Under the pieces are notes generated by a model. It was not told the origin of the DNA, searched no databases, and was given only the letters and a program-made list of their open reading frames with translations. The position numbers and the translations under genes are program-made. DNA of 63,440 nucleotides, counting the filler, from Octopus bimaculoides (taxonomy: Eukaryota), in assembly GCF_001194135.2 (NCBI RefSeq). It is 4 parts of 4 records of this genome, joined end to end, with 100 filler letters (N's around TTAATTAATTAA, not from the genome) between each part and the next. Parts side by side here need not be neighbours in the genome. Positions count along the whole stretch, not along the records: positions 23,294 to 47,842 come from NC_068984.1; 3 more parts are not named here. One strand, given 5' to 3'. Of this stretch, positions 29,360 to 43,065 are shown piece by piece (the first letter of the stretch is position 1; every line of letters starts with the position of its first letter).

Positions 29360-29396
<37 letters not shown>

Positions 29397-30221
29397 CTGT
29401 GTGCATATGTCTGTGCGTGTGATTGTGAGTGTTTATATAACTTAGTCACGTTTTTGTAGCATTAGTTTCCTCTACGAAAACCACGGAAAAGACTTAAGTC
29501 ACTTCTGCACAATACGTTCAACTTCTTGGCATGCGCATCTAGTAGCTACATGAATACGTATTATTTTCACATGTGTGTGTGTGTGTGCGCGCTCGCGCGT
29601 GTGTATTTGAGAGGGACCTCTAGTCTTTGTCAAGGTATTACTCTAGGAGAAGACTAACTAAAAAAACCTGCTGCATTTTTGAGCCGGATATCTTACACTT
29701 TGTTTGGCTTTGGCTTCTTGGTATTGCAAGTGATATCGTCATGGTGTTGTGAAAGCTGTACTTGACTTAGAACTCTTGCACTTGCATTGCTGATACTTAA
29801 CATTTGTCAGCAATGGTCATGCTTGTGTAACAAGCAGATATTTATACGGAATAGGAGCGCCAAGCAGTTGTAGAAATGACGATATGTGTAAATATAGACC
29901 TCATACCAATTCAAATATGCTTGAGACATATTCGAAACCGTAAGGAAGTCATCCACTGTATTTTGTCATGGAGAAAATTTCTCACTGTATACAAATAGGT
30001 GTAAATACACCGAGTCAGTTCGAAGCAACCCTCTACCAGACTGATGGTTGTATGCATTTCGGAGTGGTTATCTCCTCTTCAGCATCTGACGCTAGAAGGG
30101 TGCGGCGCAGCAGACTGATTTCAGATTGGTTTCTCTTATATTTCAGTCAGCGTACTGTGACTGGTTGCGGTGATAGGCTAACCGGCCGTAGTAGTAGTAG
30201 TAGTAGTAGTAATAGTAGTAA

Positions 30222-30271
<50 letters not shown>

Positions 30272-30316
30272 CTACTATTACTAATAATAATAATGATAAT
30301 AATAATGATGATGATG

Positions 30317-30382
<66 letters not shown>

Positions 30383-30571
30383 GTACGTCTTCTCTGAGGA
30401 GCACTCAGGAAACTGTGAAACGGTCCCTCGGAAGAAACATTTTATTCCACTCTTCAGTAGCATAAAATATGTTCACATTCTTATTTAACCCACAACAACG
30501 CTTTGCCATATTTAAATACCGTTCACTTCTGCTGTACGCTGTACTGTGCATGAAATATATGTGCATGTGTA

Positions 30572-30607
<36 letters not shown>

Positions 30608-30940
30608 TACATGTACGTTTATAAATTATATATATATATGTATANNNNNNNNNNNNNNNNNNNNNNNNNNNNNNNNNNNNNNNNNNNNNNNNNNNNNNNN
30701 NNNNNNNNNNNNNNNNNNNNNNNNNNNNNNNNNNNNNNNNNNNNNNNNNNNNNNNNNNNNNNNNNNNNNNNNNNNNNNNNNNNNNNNNNNNNNNNNNNNN
30801 NNNNNNNNNNNNNNNNNNNNNNNNNNNNNNNNNNNNNNNNNNNNNNNNNNNNNNNNNNNNNNNNNNNNNNNNNNNNNNNNNNNNNNNNNNNNNNNNNNNN
30901 NNNNNNNNNNNNNNTATATATAAACAATGTATGTGTATGC

Positions 30941-31000
<60 letters not shown>

Positions 31001-31212
31001 GCGCGTGTGTATTTGTATTTATATAATTTATAATCAGAAATATACCAATATGACATATACACAGAAGCCTGTAGCAAACGTTAACATTTCGGATATCCTT
31101 CAGTTTTTCCGTTGAATGAGTCGCTGTGCATATATGTATGTATGTAGACATGTATGCATATACATATATATACAAGTACACAGACAGACACACATATATG
31201 CATACATACATG

Positions 31213-31261
<49 letters not shown>

Positions 31262-32192
31262 NNNNNNNNNNNNNNNNNNNNNNNNNNNNNNNNNNNNNNN
31301 NNNNNNNNNNNNNNNNNNNNNNNNNNNNNNNNNNNNNNNTATATATATATATATATATATATGGCAAAGATACACACACACATACACACGTCTTTACTTA
31401 TACATACTTATAAAGACAGGCAAATACGCCCACCTACACAGTCTGTTACAACATTTTTTTTACATGTAAAGTTTCCAGTTTTTGCCTATATATCTAATGA
31501 ATGTGCTTCTCGCTAAGTTATCTACTCTCTCTTTCTCTCTTCTCTTTTTTGCTTGCCTGCTTATTCATTTTCTTTTTCTTCCCCTCTTTCTTTCTCTTCC
31601 TGTCTCTCTCTCAAGATATATGTATATATGTATGTACATTTGAATGCACGCACATGCATATTTTATGAATGTATGTGTGTGTGTGTGTGTGTGTATTGAG
31701 CTGCCTCTCAAAATATTAGGAATAACAACCACGTTTCACTCAGACCACATACTACAGTCTTTAAAATGCGATTCCACATAGAATAATGTAGTCTTGGTAT
31801 ACAAACTGACTGTATAGTCATGGTTGTAACGCCCCTTATAATATGTCTGCTCGATCAGAACTTTCAGGCTAAATAAAGTCTCTGAGCAGTTGTTCAAGTT
31901 GCGAGATATGTTGTCTTATCTCTCTTTAATTACATACAAACGGTCTCTAAGCGAGTAAAAACAGCGACCAAGTTTTTCTCAATTCACGTAACTGCAGTCT
32001 TGAAAAAGGTCGCATTGGGCTATGTATTCCCTGTTATAGGAGTAGGTATCCTACTAAATGCCTTAGAAAAATACATCGGGTACTATAACACTATATACGC
32101 GATGTTCATGGTTGGATCACTTTTTATCAGAAGATTACTTGATCAAGCCTTATCTGAATCTAGTAGCAACACAATATCTCAGCGGTCGAAAT

Positions 32193-32490
32193 AGCAGCGT
32201 TGTGATGGCATTAGTAGAGCTTAGTTTCCGAATTGTGGGAGTTTGTGAAGTTGTCATTCAACACACTGAATAATTGCACAAAAAAGACTCATTGTTGCTT
32301 AAATACAGTCTCTGCTTCTACCTCATCTTCTTTCGGTGATATTTGAAGAACCCTGAATCAACTTTAATATTGTTAAATTCTACCTACCTGAAGATTCAAC
32401 ATGTTACATCTTTCACTAATATACGCAAGGCATACAGCTACAGCTTATCCAAGATATTTTGTGGGCAATTCTAAGTTCATAGGACGAGAA
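32193..32490 (+). repeat. Inverted ~300 bp copy of the Gypsy protease/RT junction (partner of 33302-33599)
   Basis: Reverse complement of 33302-33599 at roughly 90% identity by eye. Confidence 0.9.
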
Positions 32491-33149
32491 TTCTAAATTC
32501 ATAGGACTGGTAGAAATAGCAGCCAAACCTGCCTCAACTACTGCAGCTGTGGGTCTGAAAAAGGAAGATCACATTGGACAATGTATTTGCTGATAGACAA
32601 AAAGACAGAATGATCACCTTTGCAATATCAAACTTAACCCAGGGCTTAAGAACAACATGTAACGGAGACTACGCGGTAGACGAACCTCCTAGAGTTACTA
32701 TAAATCACATCCTACGACCTTAAAAAAGGGCAGGTCATCAAATACGAAAAGCAATGTCAGTATTGAATGCATTATCTGTAAGAAAGCGTACTTGTATGGT
32801 TCCCTCAACCAGGGTTCCGAGCTTAGTTCCACTGCGTGGCGGCACTTTGGGCAAATGTCTTCTACTATAACCTTGGATTGACCAGAGCCTTGTGAGTTGA
32901 TTTGGAAGATGGAAACTGAAAGAAGTCCGTCGTATACATACATATGTTTGTGTGTGTGTGTTGTGTGCGTGCGCGCCAGCGTGTTTATACCCAGCCACCA
33001 CTTGATAACCGGTGTGGGTTTGATTTTTATGTCCCTGAGGATTTTAATTTATCACGGGTTTACAATGTAAATGAAACTGACCTGTTCTATCATACTACTC
33101 CTTAAAATACCTTGGCCTGTAAACACGAACACAAAAAGCCTGGTTGCAA

Positions 33150-34490
33150 GGTAATTAACGAGGGGGATTGACCGCTAGCTTCGCCTGAAAATCATGATGA
33201 TTTGGAAACCAAAGACAATGTACATCCCTGAGTGGTATTCGTTTTTCTGTCATTATATCCGAGATTTGTCCTATGATGCCTTCTTTGATTAGAGATTTTA
33301 CTTCTCGTCCTTTGAATTTAGAATTGCCCACAGAATGTCTTGGAGAAGCTGTAGCAGTATGCTTTGCGTATATTAGTGAAAGATGTAACATGTTGAATCT
33401 TCAGGTAGGTAGAATTTAACAATATTAGAGTGGATTCAGGGTTTTTCAAATATCACTGAAAGAAGATGAGGTAGCAGCAGAGACTGTATTTAAGCAACAA
33501 TGAGTCTTTTTTGTGCAACTATTCAGTGTGTTGAATGACAATTTCACAAACTCCCACAATTCGGAAACTAAGCTCTACTAATGCCATCACAACACTGCTT
33601 CTCAACGGTTTCATAACTAAAACATTCCACTCAGCAATATCAATTCGGATAAAATTGTCAGTGCTATCATTGTCAGCTAAAGCTTTCATTGATGGATTGT
33701 TAATCGTAATATTAATGAAAGCACGAAATAAAGAATATTCTAATAAAACTAAAAGGGGAAAAAATGATAAAGCTGGAGAAATTAATTCGTTAGAGATTGG
33801 TTTATTACCTGATTTGCACATCCGAGAAAAATTACCATTTTTTTTCTTTCGCACTTGTAACATATGGCATTGCTTGGCGGACATTCTCTGCAGTCATATT
33901 TATACTTCCCATTAAAATAAATCGCTTTTGAGAAGCAGCCAGGGAAATAGCACGTCCTCTTCTGTGGCAATAATAGTAATAACGAATATATCATTGTTAT
34001 AAACATTAGCATTCTTTTTCAGCTATCTTTAATACTTTGGTTTGTGTTACAGTTGTTTATAAGTCCAGTGCGTAGTATATCTTATTGCAGAAATAAAACA
34101 TCCTTATTGAATTTTTATTACTGTTCTAATGACATTTCTTTGTAGTTGCATTCTTTAGGGTTTTCAAAGCTTGAAGAAATTAATCAAGGAATTCTGTTGG
34201 CAATTGCTGTGAGTTACAAGACGAGGTCTTATTCATTAGTTTAATGTTTATATCATTTAGACTAGTCATTAAGTCTTCTCAGCAGTCACAATCTGCAATA
34301 ACTTAGAGTATTTCAGAAAATACAAAATCTGTGAGTGTGAATTTGTTGAGGTCTCCAGACTGTTTTTGACAGCAAAAACATTTTCAGACGTGCAGAACCT
34401 AATGTTTTAACTCTGAAGATGCAGTACCGATTGTGAAGGAATGGCATTTACTATTTCGGGACGTTGAAGTTAACCAGTATTTGATTCGCT
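33150..34490 (-). mobile_element. Ty3/Gypsy LTR retrotransposon remnant: gag, zinc knuckle, protease, start of RT
   Basis: Gag-like IADCD..EDLMTSL and QQLPTEFLD*FLQALKTLK.ECNYK. CCHC-like CPPSNAICYKC..GNFSRMCKS. Protease-like ALADNDSTDNFI. RT N-terminus-like ATASPRHSVGNSKFKGREVKSLIKEGII. No LTRs identified. Confidence 0.8.
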
Positions 34491-36184
34491 GAATAAAATG
34501 CCGTAAGAAGTAATGATAATAGAGACAAGTAAAGGAAAGAACTCGCTTTTCACGTGATGCATTACATTATGAAAAAAAGTGGGGTCACAACGTTATTATT
34601 CCAACATTATTTTATAAGTTTTCATTATTAGTACTGTGGCCGTGCGAGGTAACAGCTTCTAGGTTATAATTGATTACATCGACCTTGGAGTGTACTGGGT
34701 AGGGACTTGAACTCAGGATGTATTAGTTAGAGGGAAAACATATGTCAGCGTATACTTCAAAGGAAAGGGAAATTAGCGGTTCCGCATAACATGACAAACA
34801 CATTTCATATTTGCTTTATCACCAACAAAAGAGCAAGTTATCAGAAAGAACTCGAACAACGGTATCTCGTACTAATAAGTCCAATATACAGGCATCAACC
34901 AACAATTGAGAATGTATATGTTATGTTTTATTGTATTTCTATAAAAAGTTAAGAGGTATTTGATATTTTAAATATTATGTTTTTATTTTCAAGAAAACGA
35001 TGATTACGGATGATTGAATAGAAAAATACTTCCTGAAGTCATATCAAAGAATTTAATGATGTACCATTTTATAAGACGAATTACAATGTAGGTATTTATT
35101 GCTTCTTGCTATTGAGATGAAATTCACTCAAGTAGCAAGGCTTTCTCAAAGGACGGCAGCCATAATAAGTATCGATCGTTATTCTTTAAAGCTATAATTG
35201 TAGCTAACTTAATTTCTATTAACGATGCTTATATGGATTGCAATGTAATCCCCGTCTTAAACCATTATGTTATCATAATAATACAATTTTCTAATCCCCC
35301 TTTCAGTCATTATTGAAATTATTATTATCGTTATTATTATTGATAGTGTTGCTGCTGTTGTTTCTGGACTTATATGCCATGTATTTCTACCGTTACGTAA
35401 ATTGAAAAACAATTATTGTTCGTTTCTCCTTTTCGGGATTTGGTTTTTCTAAATTTGTGTGTTCTCTTTTGTTGCGAAACTGACCATGTCCGCAAGGGAC
35501 TGGTCATTTCCTTTGTTCTCGCTTCATTAGAGTTACATCTACAAGAAAAAAATTACCTGCAAAAGTCTCACAAAGTACAAACACTAAGCTAACGTTGTGT
35601 TTGCATGAGGGCCAACAAGAGAGAGAGGAGCGGGAGGTGATGCAATAGCGGGGGAGGAGGTTTTCCTGAGAGCCACCCTTTCACCACTTACACTAAAAAA
35701 ACTTCTCCCTCTAACTGTGAAGAACACAATGACGACACTACCACCACTTTTATAAACATCATTGAGAAGAAAGAGGCGGCGATAACAATGGCAGCTTATG
35801 AAGCAGCAATAACAACAATGTTGAATTTCAACAACAACAATCTGTGGAGGAACAACAACGACAACAAGCGGCCGAGCACCAACAACACTGCGGGAAGAAA
35901 AATAACAGCAGCAGTAAGAAGGAACTATTGAGTGTCAACAACTATAACGTCGCTACTATAATCATTTCAACGGTGTACGGACCAACTGCAACACCACCAA
36001 GCGAAACCGTCACTTATTGAAATTATTACGCAATCATACATCTCCTTCACCTTCTGTCTCAGACATCTCCAATTCCGTAACCTTCTCTTGCTACGGGTTC
36101 GAGATAGAAGACCCGTTACAAAAGATCGTAGTCAGACTGAAGAGGAAAACTAGACAAAAAAAAAAGCAAAAACAAAACAAACAA

Positions 36185-36565
36185 ACAAGAAGAGTGGTAA
36201 GAAACTTGCTTCCCAACCACATGGTTTCGGATTCGGTCGCACTGCATGGAATCTTAGACAGGTGCCTTCTCAAGCTGACCGAAACCTTGCGAGTGGATTT
36301 GGTAGACGGAAACTGAAAGAAAACCGTCGTGTATATATATATATATCAGTGTGTATGTTTGTGTCTGTGTTTATACCCCTTTCTATCACTTGACAACTGG
36401 TGTTGATGTTTACGTCCTCGCAACCTAGTTGTTCGACAAAAGAAACCGATAAAATAAGTACTAGGCTTATAAAGTACTGGAGTTGATTCATTCGACTAAA
36501 AGTTCTTCAAGGCGGTGCCCCAGCATGGTCGCAGTCTAATGTCTAAAAGAAGTAAAAGATTAAAA
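36185..36565 (+). mobile_element. SINE family B, complete copy: tRNA-like head, internal (TA/TG)n, body, LINE-like tail
   Basis: Head gagtggtaagaaacttgcttcccaaccacatggtttcggattc; tail ggcggtgccccagcatggtcgcagtc. Other copies or fragments near 1.0-1.1 kb (-), 3975-4130 (-), 7885-8045, 10460-10590, 22968-23193, 32765-33025, 48198-48360 (-), 50400-50530, 53455-53624 and 61600-61850 (-). Confidence 0.85.
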
Positions 36566-37089
36566 GATGAACGAATGAATGAATGAATGAATAAATAAAT
36601 AAATAAATAAATAAGCAAATTTTCTCAAAGTGAATGCTCGAAGGTTCGATGAGAATAGCAGAAAGAATGTCAGCCACCCACACACCCACACTCCTTCTAG
36701 TTATAACAGAACCACAACAACTAACCCACAACCGAACCAACAAAAACGATAGGAAAACGCACAATCGCAGGAAAAATTTCAATAGAAACACAAAAATTAA
36801 ATACAACAGTAATTAGTACGAAAGTAACAGCAGTAACAAAACTGCTTCTCGTTAATTTCAGTAAGTTGATGAAATACAGAGCAAAACAAAATAAAGAATA
36901 TTAACCAAAGAGGAGGGCTTCTAACAGACGCATACTGAAAACATCATCAGTCGTCTATTAACACAAAGGAAAAAAATCCCACTTGACATGGAGATTTCAG
37001 GAACGGAGGCGCCTTTCAAAGAAACCCTCCTCACCAAGGAGCCCGATTACATTTCCTTCTCCAAACCTGTCTCGCCTTCTTTCCCCGAT

Positions 37090-37730
37090 CAATATAGTTG
37101 CTCTCAGAGTAAGCTGCATAAAAGCCCATAGCTTAGGGATGGCTTCGAAGCAAGGTCATTTGATCAAGGATCCCAGGTCACTAGACAAAGTTGTGGCTGT
37201 TAATAACGAGACCAAAATGCTTATGGTATATGCAATCGCGCCTATTTTTGACTAATTAAGAAGAATAGGCATCTCTTGGTCGACCCGAATCGGAAAGGAT
37301 GGCATTTTTGGTTTGGAAATGTCTGGATTTTGAGATATGGACAATCGTCTTTCATCCGGGCGGTAAATCACTGTTTGGTGGACGTGAATAGCAGAGAAAG
37401 CTAGTAAGCGTTTAAACCCGTCTGGAGAAAGACAGCCAAATTTCTTTAGACTACTACAGGAATTGTTGGCAAAGCACTACAGTATTAGTGGGAGACTGGG
37501 ATAGTATTTTAGATGTATATCGATGTTGTGTGGGATTATACGACAGAAGAGGAACGGTAAAATTCTCACAGTTCTGTCTGTCTGACTTTCTCACTGACAG
37601 ACAGACACTAATTGCAACGGGACACCTAAATCGTCTGTCGACAGAGTACTTTTTGGGTCAATGGGGAAGAGCTCAACGAGTGATGAAACCGAACTATTTT
37701 GCAGCACTGAGCAACAAGATTTAGCGCCGG
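37090..37730 (+). mobile_element. Tx1/L1-like APE endonuclease remnant
   Basis: RVSCIKAHSLGMASKQGHLIKDPRSLDKVVAVNNETK resembles the APE N-terminus (GCLNVRGL...AAIQETH). VLVGDWDSILD resembles the GDxNA motif. Confidence 0.7.
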
Positions 37731-38799
37731 ATATCCTTCTTACAAAACAGTGCGTTGGTAGCTCGTATTATTTTTTTCGTGCTTCCTTACACTTGATTCC
37801 TTTTGTTGAACAAAAAAAAAAAATGAATAACACTTGGTTGTTGTTTTTTGCCGAACATTTTACCATGGAAATTCTTTTGAATTATGTTTCATTGTGTTAA
37901 ATATGAGTACCTTTTGTAATTATTTGAAGATGTTTCTTACAATAATGGTAAACTACGTTTCTCATTTTACAGCTATACGTAGAGTTGTTAATTACACACA
38001 CAATACAGTTCCTATTTGTAGATGGTGTGCTATCAAAGAGGCATGATCTGCATGTTTGTGATCTCATAGATGTTGCTGGTTTCTCTAAATTCATCTTGTG
38101 TTCGCACGCACTGATTCCTTTTTTTTTTTTCATTATTGTTCTCTACGTGTATGTACAATAATTAATTATTTGGTGAACTAAATTTGAATGAATTTAGTTC
38201 AGGCCGTCGTTTTTATTTACCGAATTAACCAGTTAAATTGTCGAAGGACTTGTTCTTAGGTTTTTATTTCTCGTTCTTGTTTGACATGTATTATCTGACA
38301 TAGGTAGCCAAGTTTGACGAAGCTCATAGGTTTTACAGATATTTCACGCAAGCGTCCGTTAAGCATCATTTTCTTTTTTCTTCATCATAAAAGCCCTCCA
38401 GCCGCTATTTTTTGTTTCCTTATTCATTATCGTTTTCTCAGACATTGTATATTTCATAACAAATTGTATAGAGTTATCATTTTATTTCACATTTTCTGTA
38501 ACCTATATAAGAACAAGACATATATAATTGTTTTCATATTCATAATCTATATGTATAAAAGAAACTTCGATGCTTATAACTAAATAAATTAATTAGTCAG
38601 TTAGTAAATAATAACCATATTTAGTCTTTGAGTTCCTTATTAACGAAGACGACTAAATTAAAATACAAAAATATCAGTTTTAAATAAAATGTAAATTTAA
38701 TTAACTAATTGATTAATTAATCAAATCCTGCATTGATCTCCCATTAACTAATAAAGGCTTTTTTCGGCTCCATATTTTTGGCTTTCGGTGCTCAATCAC

Positions 38800-38849
38800 C
38801 AATTTTTGTAAATTCTATTCAATTTCACTCCAGCATCTTGTTCGTTGTC

Positions 38850-38891
<42 letters not shown>

Positions 38892-39150
38892 TGCGTGTAC
38901 TTAATCTCCCGGACCACCTCATTTTCAATTTTCTCCTCTGAATTTTCTCTTCTTTTTCTCTTCGCTTTCCCTTTCTTTTCCTCACTTTTTATATATCTAT
39001 TATATATTTCACTTTCTCTCCTCCATTATTTTTCTATATTTTTCTTCTGACGGCGGATTAGCGTCCGAAACGTCCGCTTTCTTTCCTTTAATTTTAAGCG
39101 TTAAACCAATGCATTTGTTAGGACTTCTCTCTCCTGTATTGTCTTCTTTC
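38800..39150 (+). mobile_element. Penelope-like pseudo-LTR remnant with a degenerate hammerhead core at 39047-39074
   Basis: CTGACGG-C-GGA-TTAGCG-TCC-GAAAC-GTC in a pyrimidine-rich context. Minimal hammerheads are established features of Penelope pLTRs. Confidence 0.55.
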
Positions 39151-39479
39151 TTTTTGTGCTCGCTGCTTTCATAACACATCCACACCAACCCATGCATATA
39201 CACATATATACATCTCTCTCTCTCTCTCTCTCCACACATACTCACACACACACATCTATATATACATATATGTTTGTATGAAATATCTCCACTTAGTGAT
39301 GTTGGATATCTGTACGTAATCACTTTAACGTGAAATGTTTGATACAATCATCCATCATATACATCTGTAATCAAAACTAAAGTTTTCACGCATTCACGCA
39401 CCGCACGAGAGCAAAATGATTGAGGGGGTCTGGTCTAAGTCAGTAATTTCGCAGATCATCTTGTATCTGTTTACAAATA

Positions 39480-39990
39480 TTCCCAGATAATTTGATATTT
39501 GTACGATAGCATTCCCAGTAGAAATGGTACCCAATCACCGACATTATCATATGATATATTACCCAATAAGCGCTATTTATCAACATTATGATAAACAGAA
39601 TATCAAGGAAGCTAATTCCATCTTCTTGCTGTTAAACGCCATCAAAAAAGCAGAATAGGCTACCCATTTCTCGGTAATAAGTGTGGGTTCTTTGTCATTG
39701 ATATAAGCTATGAATGTGTCAACATTATATGATGCATCTTTCAACATCTCTGTTGTTACATTATTAACTTCGGTATCGTTAGCGCTCAGTGACGAACTTT
39801 CGCAGATGATCTGATATCTATTATATTAAAGACCAGACGTAAATGGCCTTGTACATAGTCACTATTACTGGAATAACTGCTATCTATTCCTGGTGTCTAA
39901 CTGAAGGGAAGAAATTTAGATAAATTTGTTCTGTTCGGAATAGTCAATATACACTGGTTAACGGTGTGTAATATCGGTTAAAAAAAAATT
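39480..39990 (-). mobile_element. Second Helitron RepHel fragment
   Basis: The reverse complement (gaagttaataatgtaacaacagagatgttgaaagatgcatcatataatgttgacacattcatagcttatatcaatgac...) aligns by eye with 27528-27700 of the first Helitron. Confidence 0.75.
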
Positions 39991-40425
39991 GTCTGTGCTA
40001 TGTACTGTCAACTGAACATGGCGACAGTTTATAGAGAAAAATTTTCTCGAGATAAAATGAAAAAGCCTCTTACAACAAAAAGTTCTCTTGAGAAAGAAAA
40101 AAATAACTTAACGAAAACAAAAGATAATCTGTTATTACACAGATTTCTCACAGGAAAAATTTGATGGCTGGTGAGTTGGTGGCATGGGTGGTTGCTGTGG
40201 TGGCAGTTTAGAGAAAATGACGTCATCATGACGAGAACAACGACAAAAACAGCTTGGTAATAGCTTGGAATGCTTAGAGACGACCTGTCTAGGGTCATCA
40301 CGAAATTCACTGCAACTGGAGACTGTAATGGCATAACGGTCAATGTGAAGCATGAGTATGATAAACACAATATTATTTTTCTTACATAGATTTCTAACAC
40401 AGGCATAAGAGTACGCATTTTGAGG

Positions 40426-40521
40426 GAAGAATTTGTTGAGTGAAGAATTTGTTGAGTGAAGAATTTGTTGAGTGAAGAATTTGTTGAGTGAAGAATTTGT
40501 TGAGTGAAGAATTTGTTGAGT
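40426..40521 (+). repeat. Perfect 16 bp x6 minisatellite
   Basis: Unit gaagaatttgttgagt. Confidence 0.95.
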
Positions 40522-42054
40522 GAAGAACGCAGTGCTTTACTGGTAGTTGTTTTAGTGACCCAAAAAGGTAAAGTCGACCTTAAACTCAAAACGTAAATAG
40601 AAGCGACGAGATACCGAAAAGTATTTTGTAATAGGTGTTGTAAATTCTGCCGTCTGTTGTCATAACGATAATACTATTTTTTTATTTACTGGTCACAAGG
40701 ATCCTATAATAAAACATGTCATACAAAAGCGATTTATAAATTATGCGGGGATATACATACATACATACATACATACATACATGCATACATACATGCATAC
40801 ATACATACATACATATATATATACACATGAATAGACAGAGGTGGGTGCAATACAGCATATTAAAGCAGGTTAAAAATTGAGTCCATCAAAACAGATCAAA
40901 GCAACTCACCCATAAAGAGGTGAGAAATTTCCACCTAGCTAAGATCAGAGTACCTTACGACTGCAGTCACATTCGCTCCGATCATCTGCAAACTGAGTCC
41001 TATGAACTTTCTTGTCAGCATCTTCGGCTTTATTCTCACTGTGAAGTCCTCCACATGTTTTGGATAATGTTCCATAAGCTGAGAATAGATCGTTAGTGTT
41101 ACTTTTAGCAACCAACTCTCCTGTATCGGAAACTGGTATTCTCTCTCCTCTTGATTTACCATTGGATTTATTCGGTCCTCTTAGTTTCATAGAAGTTCGT
41201 ATAAATTAAGAATGATCCTTTGGATTACTATGTACCCCAGATACTTCACGATGTGGGCACCTATTTGAAAGGGATTTCTTTCACCATACTTGATGTGAGC
41301 TCATCTTTTTACCCTTGTTCCTTGTATTACTATTTCCAATGGTCTCACGCCTTTCTCCAGCCATCTCTTCTCCCTTGTCGTAGGACAATGGGGTAGAACT
41401 GCAGTTTGGAGGTTGTGGATGATCCTGTAATGGAAGGTGTAACACTTTGGTTTTTTGATGCCTTATCATGTCGACCTATAATAACCTATAACACTGAGAA
41501 TGAGGCCATTTCGCTTTTCCCTTCTGTTCTAATAATCCTCAGAGATGTAACCTGTGACACTCTGAAAACAATAGAAGCGATGGATCCTGTGTTGCTGTTA
41601 TTACTACTTATGCCGCCGTCTGCCACCATATTCTTCATCTTCTATTCACTTTTCTACTTCAGGTAACAAAGAACATTGAAGTAATTTTAACACTTCCATA
41701 GATAGCAACTGGAACTTTGTCCAGCACTACTAGTTTGACTTCATTACGCACAATAGGTTATAACTTCAGGTTAGCATTGTGTCTTAGGGGTTCATCAGAG
41801 CTTAGATTGCTATGTACATATCGCCTGGTCATATTTTATTACGAGATAACCAATATATTCACCAATGCTCGTACTGTGCCGCGAAAATGGCGATTAGCCA
41901 AGGGTGAAAGCTAATTCCCACATCTCTGGTACAATTAATGAGATGCACCTTTCATTGTAAAGAGAACAATAAATAAATAATTCTTTTTTCATCAAGTTAT
42001 TCTAGAAGGAGATATCCTCTAAGTAGATCTTGATGAAAGGTGACTGTTTAGCTC

Positions 42055-42113
<59 letters not shown>

Positions 42114-42389
42114 GCAACAACAACAACAACACCACCAACAACAACAACAATAACAACAACAACGATGACGACGACGACAGCAACAACAACAACCACTATA
42201 ACGACAGCAAGAAGAAAAGTTGTATTAGTAGTAATTATTTATAATTGAGGGAAATGGAAACTAAATGTTTTGACGTGAGAAAATTTGTGTTTAATGTTGA
42301 TCTTTCCTAGATAGGAATAGAAATAATGGCACCAACCCATAACTATACCGTACATTGTGATTAATTATTTAGACACATATATAAATAGC

Positions 42390-42480
<91 letters not shown>

Positions 42481-42481
42481 T

Positions 42482-43065
42482 TCATTATCAACTTTTAATT
42501 CTGCTTCCATTCCTTGCTGAGTGTCTTCTTAAGACCTAGGGCAGAGAAACTCACTGTATACATTGGTAGGCTATTAAAAGAAACACACCAAATTGTCCAT
42601 TTACAACGTCATGTGATGGAGAAAAAGGGGAGAGAGACAGAGAGAGAAAAAATAAAAACGTAAAAATGTATACAAAGAAAATAAAGGGGAAAAAGGGAAA
42701 GAAAATTCACAGTGACAATGCTCTTCTTAATACATGTAACGTACCAGTTAAGACGATCTTTTGCACTTCTTGTATGGATCATTTAAAAATGATTTTCAGT
42801 TCCTTTTTTCATCATTCCAAGTGCTCCTACAATCATTGGTATGGTAACTGTCTTGATATGCCACATCTTTTCGATTTCGAAGAGTGAATCTTCATATTTT
42901 CTGAGCTTATCAGAATTTTTTGCGGAGATATTATGGCCACAGGATATGCTCATGTCAATCAATAAACAGACTTTATAATTTTGGTCTTTCACAATAATAT
43001 TTGGTTTATTTGCTTTGATGGTCCGGGCTGTACATACTGGGAAGTCCCAAAGAATATTATAACCC
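42482..43065 (-). mobile_element. R4/Dong-like 3' fragment: restriction-like endonuclease region plus 3' UTR
   Basis: ILWDFPVCTARTIKANKPNIIVKDQNYKVCLLIDMSISCGHNISAKNSDKLRKY..EIEKMWHIKTVTIPMIVGALG, a PD..D..K-type RLE region. Followed by an (AAT)n tract at 42393-42481. Confidence 0.85.

Noticed and set aside
29968-30465. 165 aa ORF with poly-Ser/poly-Asn and an acceptor-like site at 30146
   Set aside because: Mostly (AGT)n/(AAT)n. The unique parts match nothing I recognise and no donor was found.
32000-32194. 64 aa hydrophobic ORF, possibly a Gypsy integrase remnant in another frame
   Set aside because: Only vague motif resemblance; not assignable without alignment.
35700-36010. Gln/Asn-rich reading frames
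   Set aside because: Degenerate (AAC)n tract with only short ORFs.
40426-40521. CRISPR-like appearance of short direct repeats (also 5884-5972 and 11540-11630)
   Set aside because: No spacers, no cas genes, and a eukaryotic context. These are plain tandem repeats.
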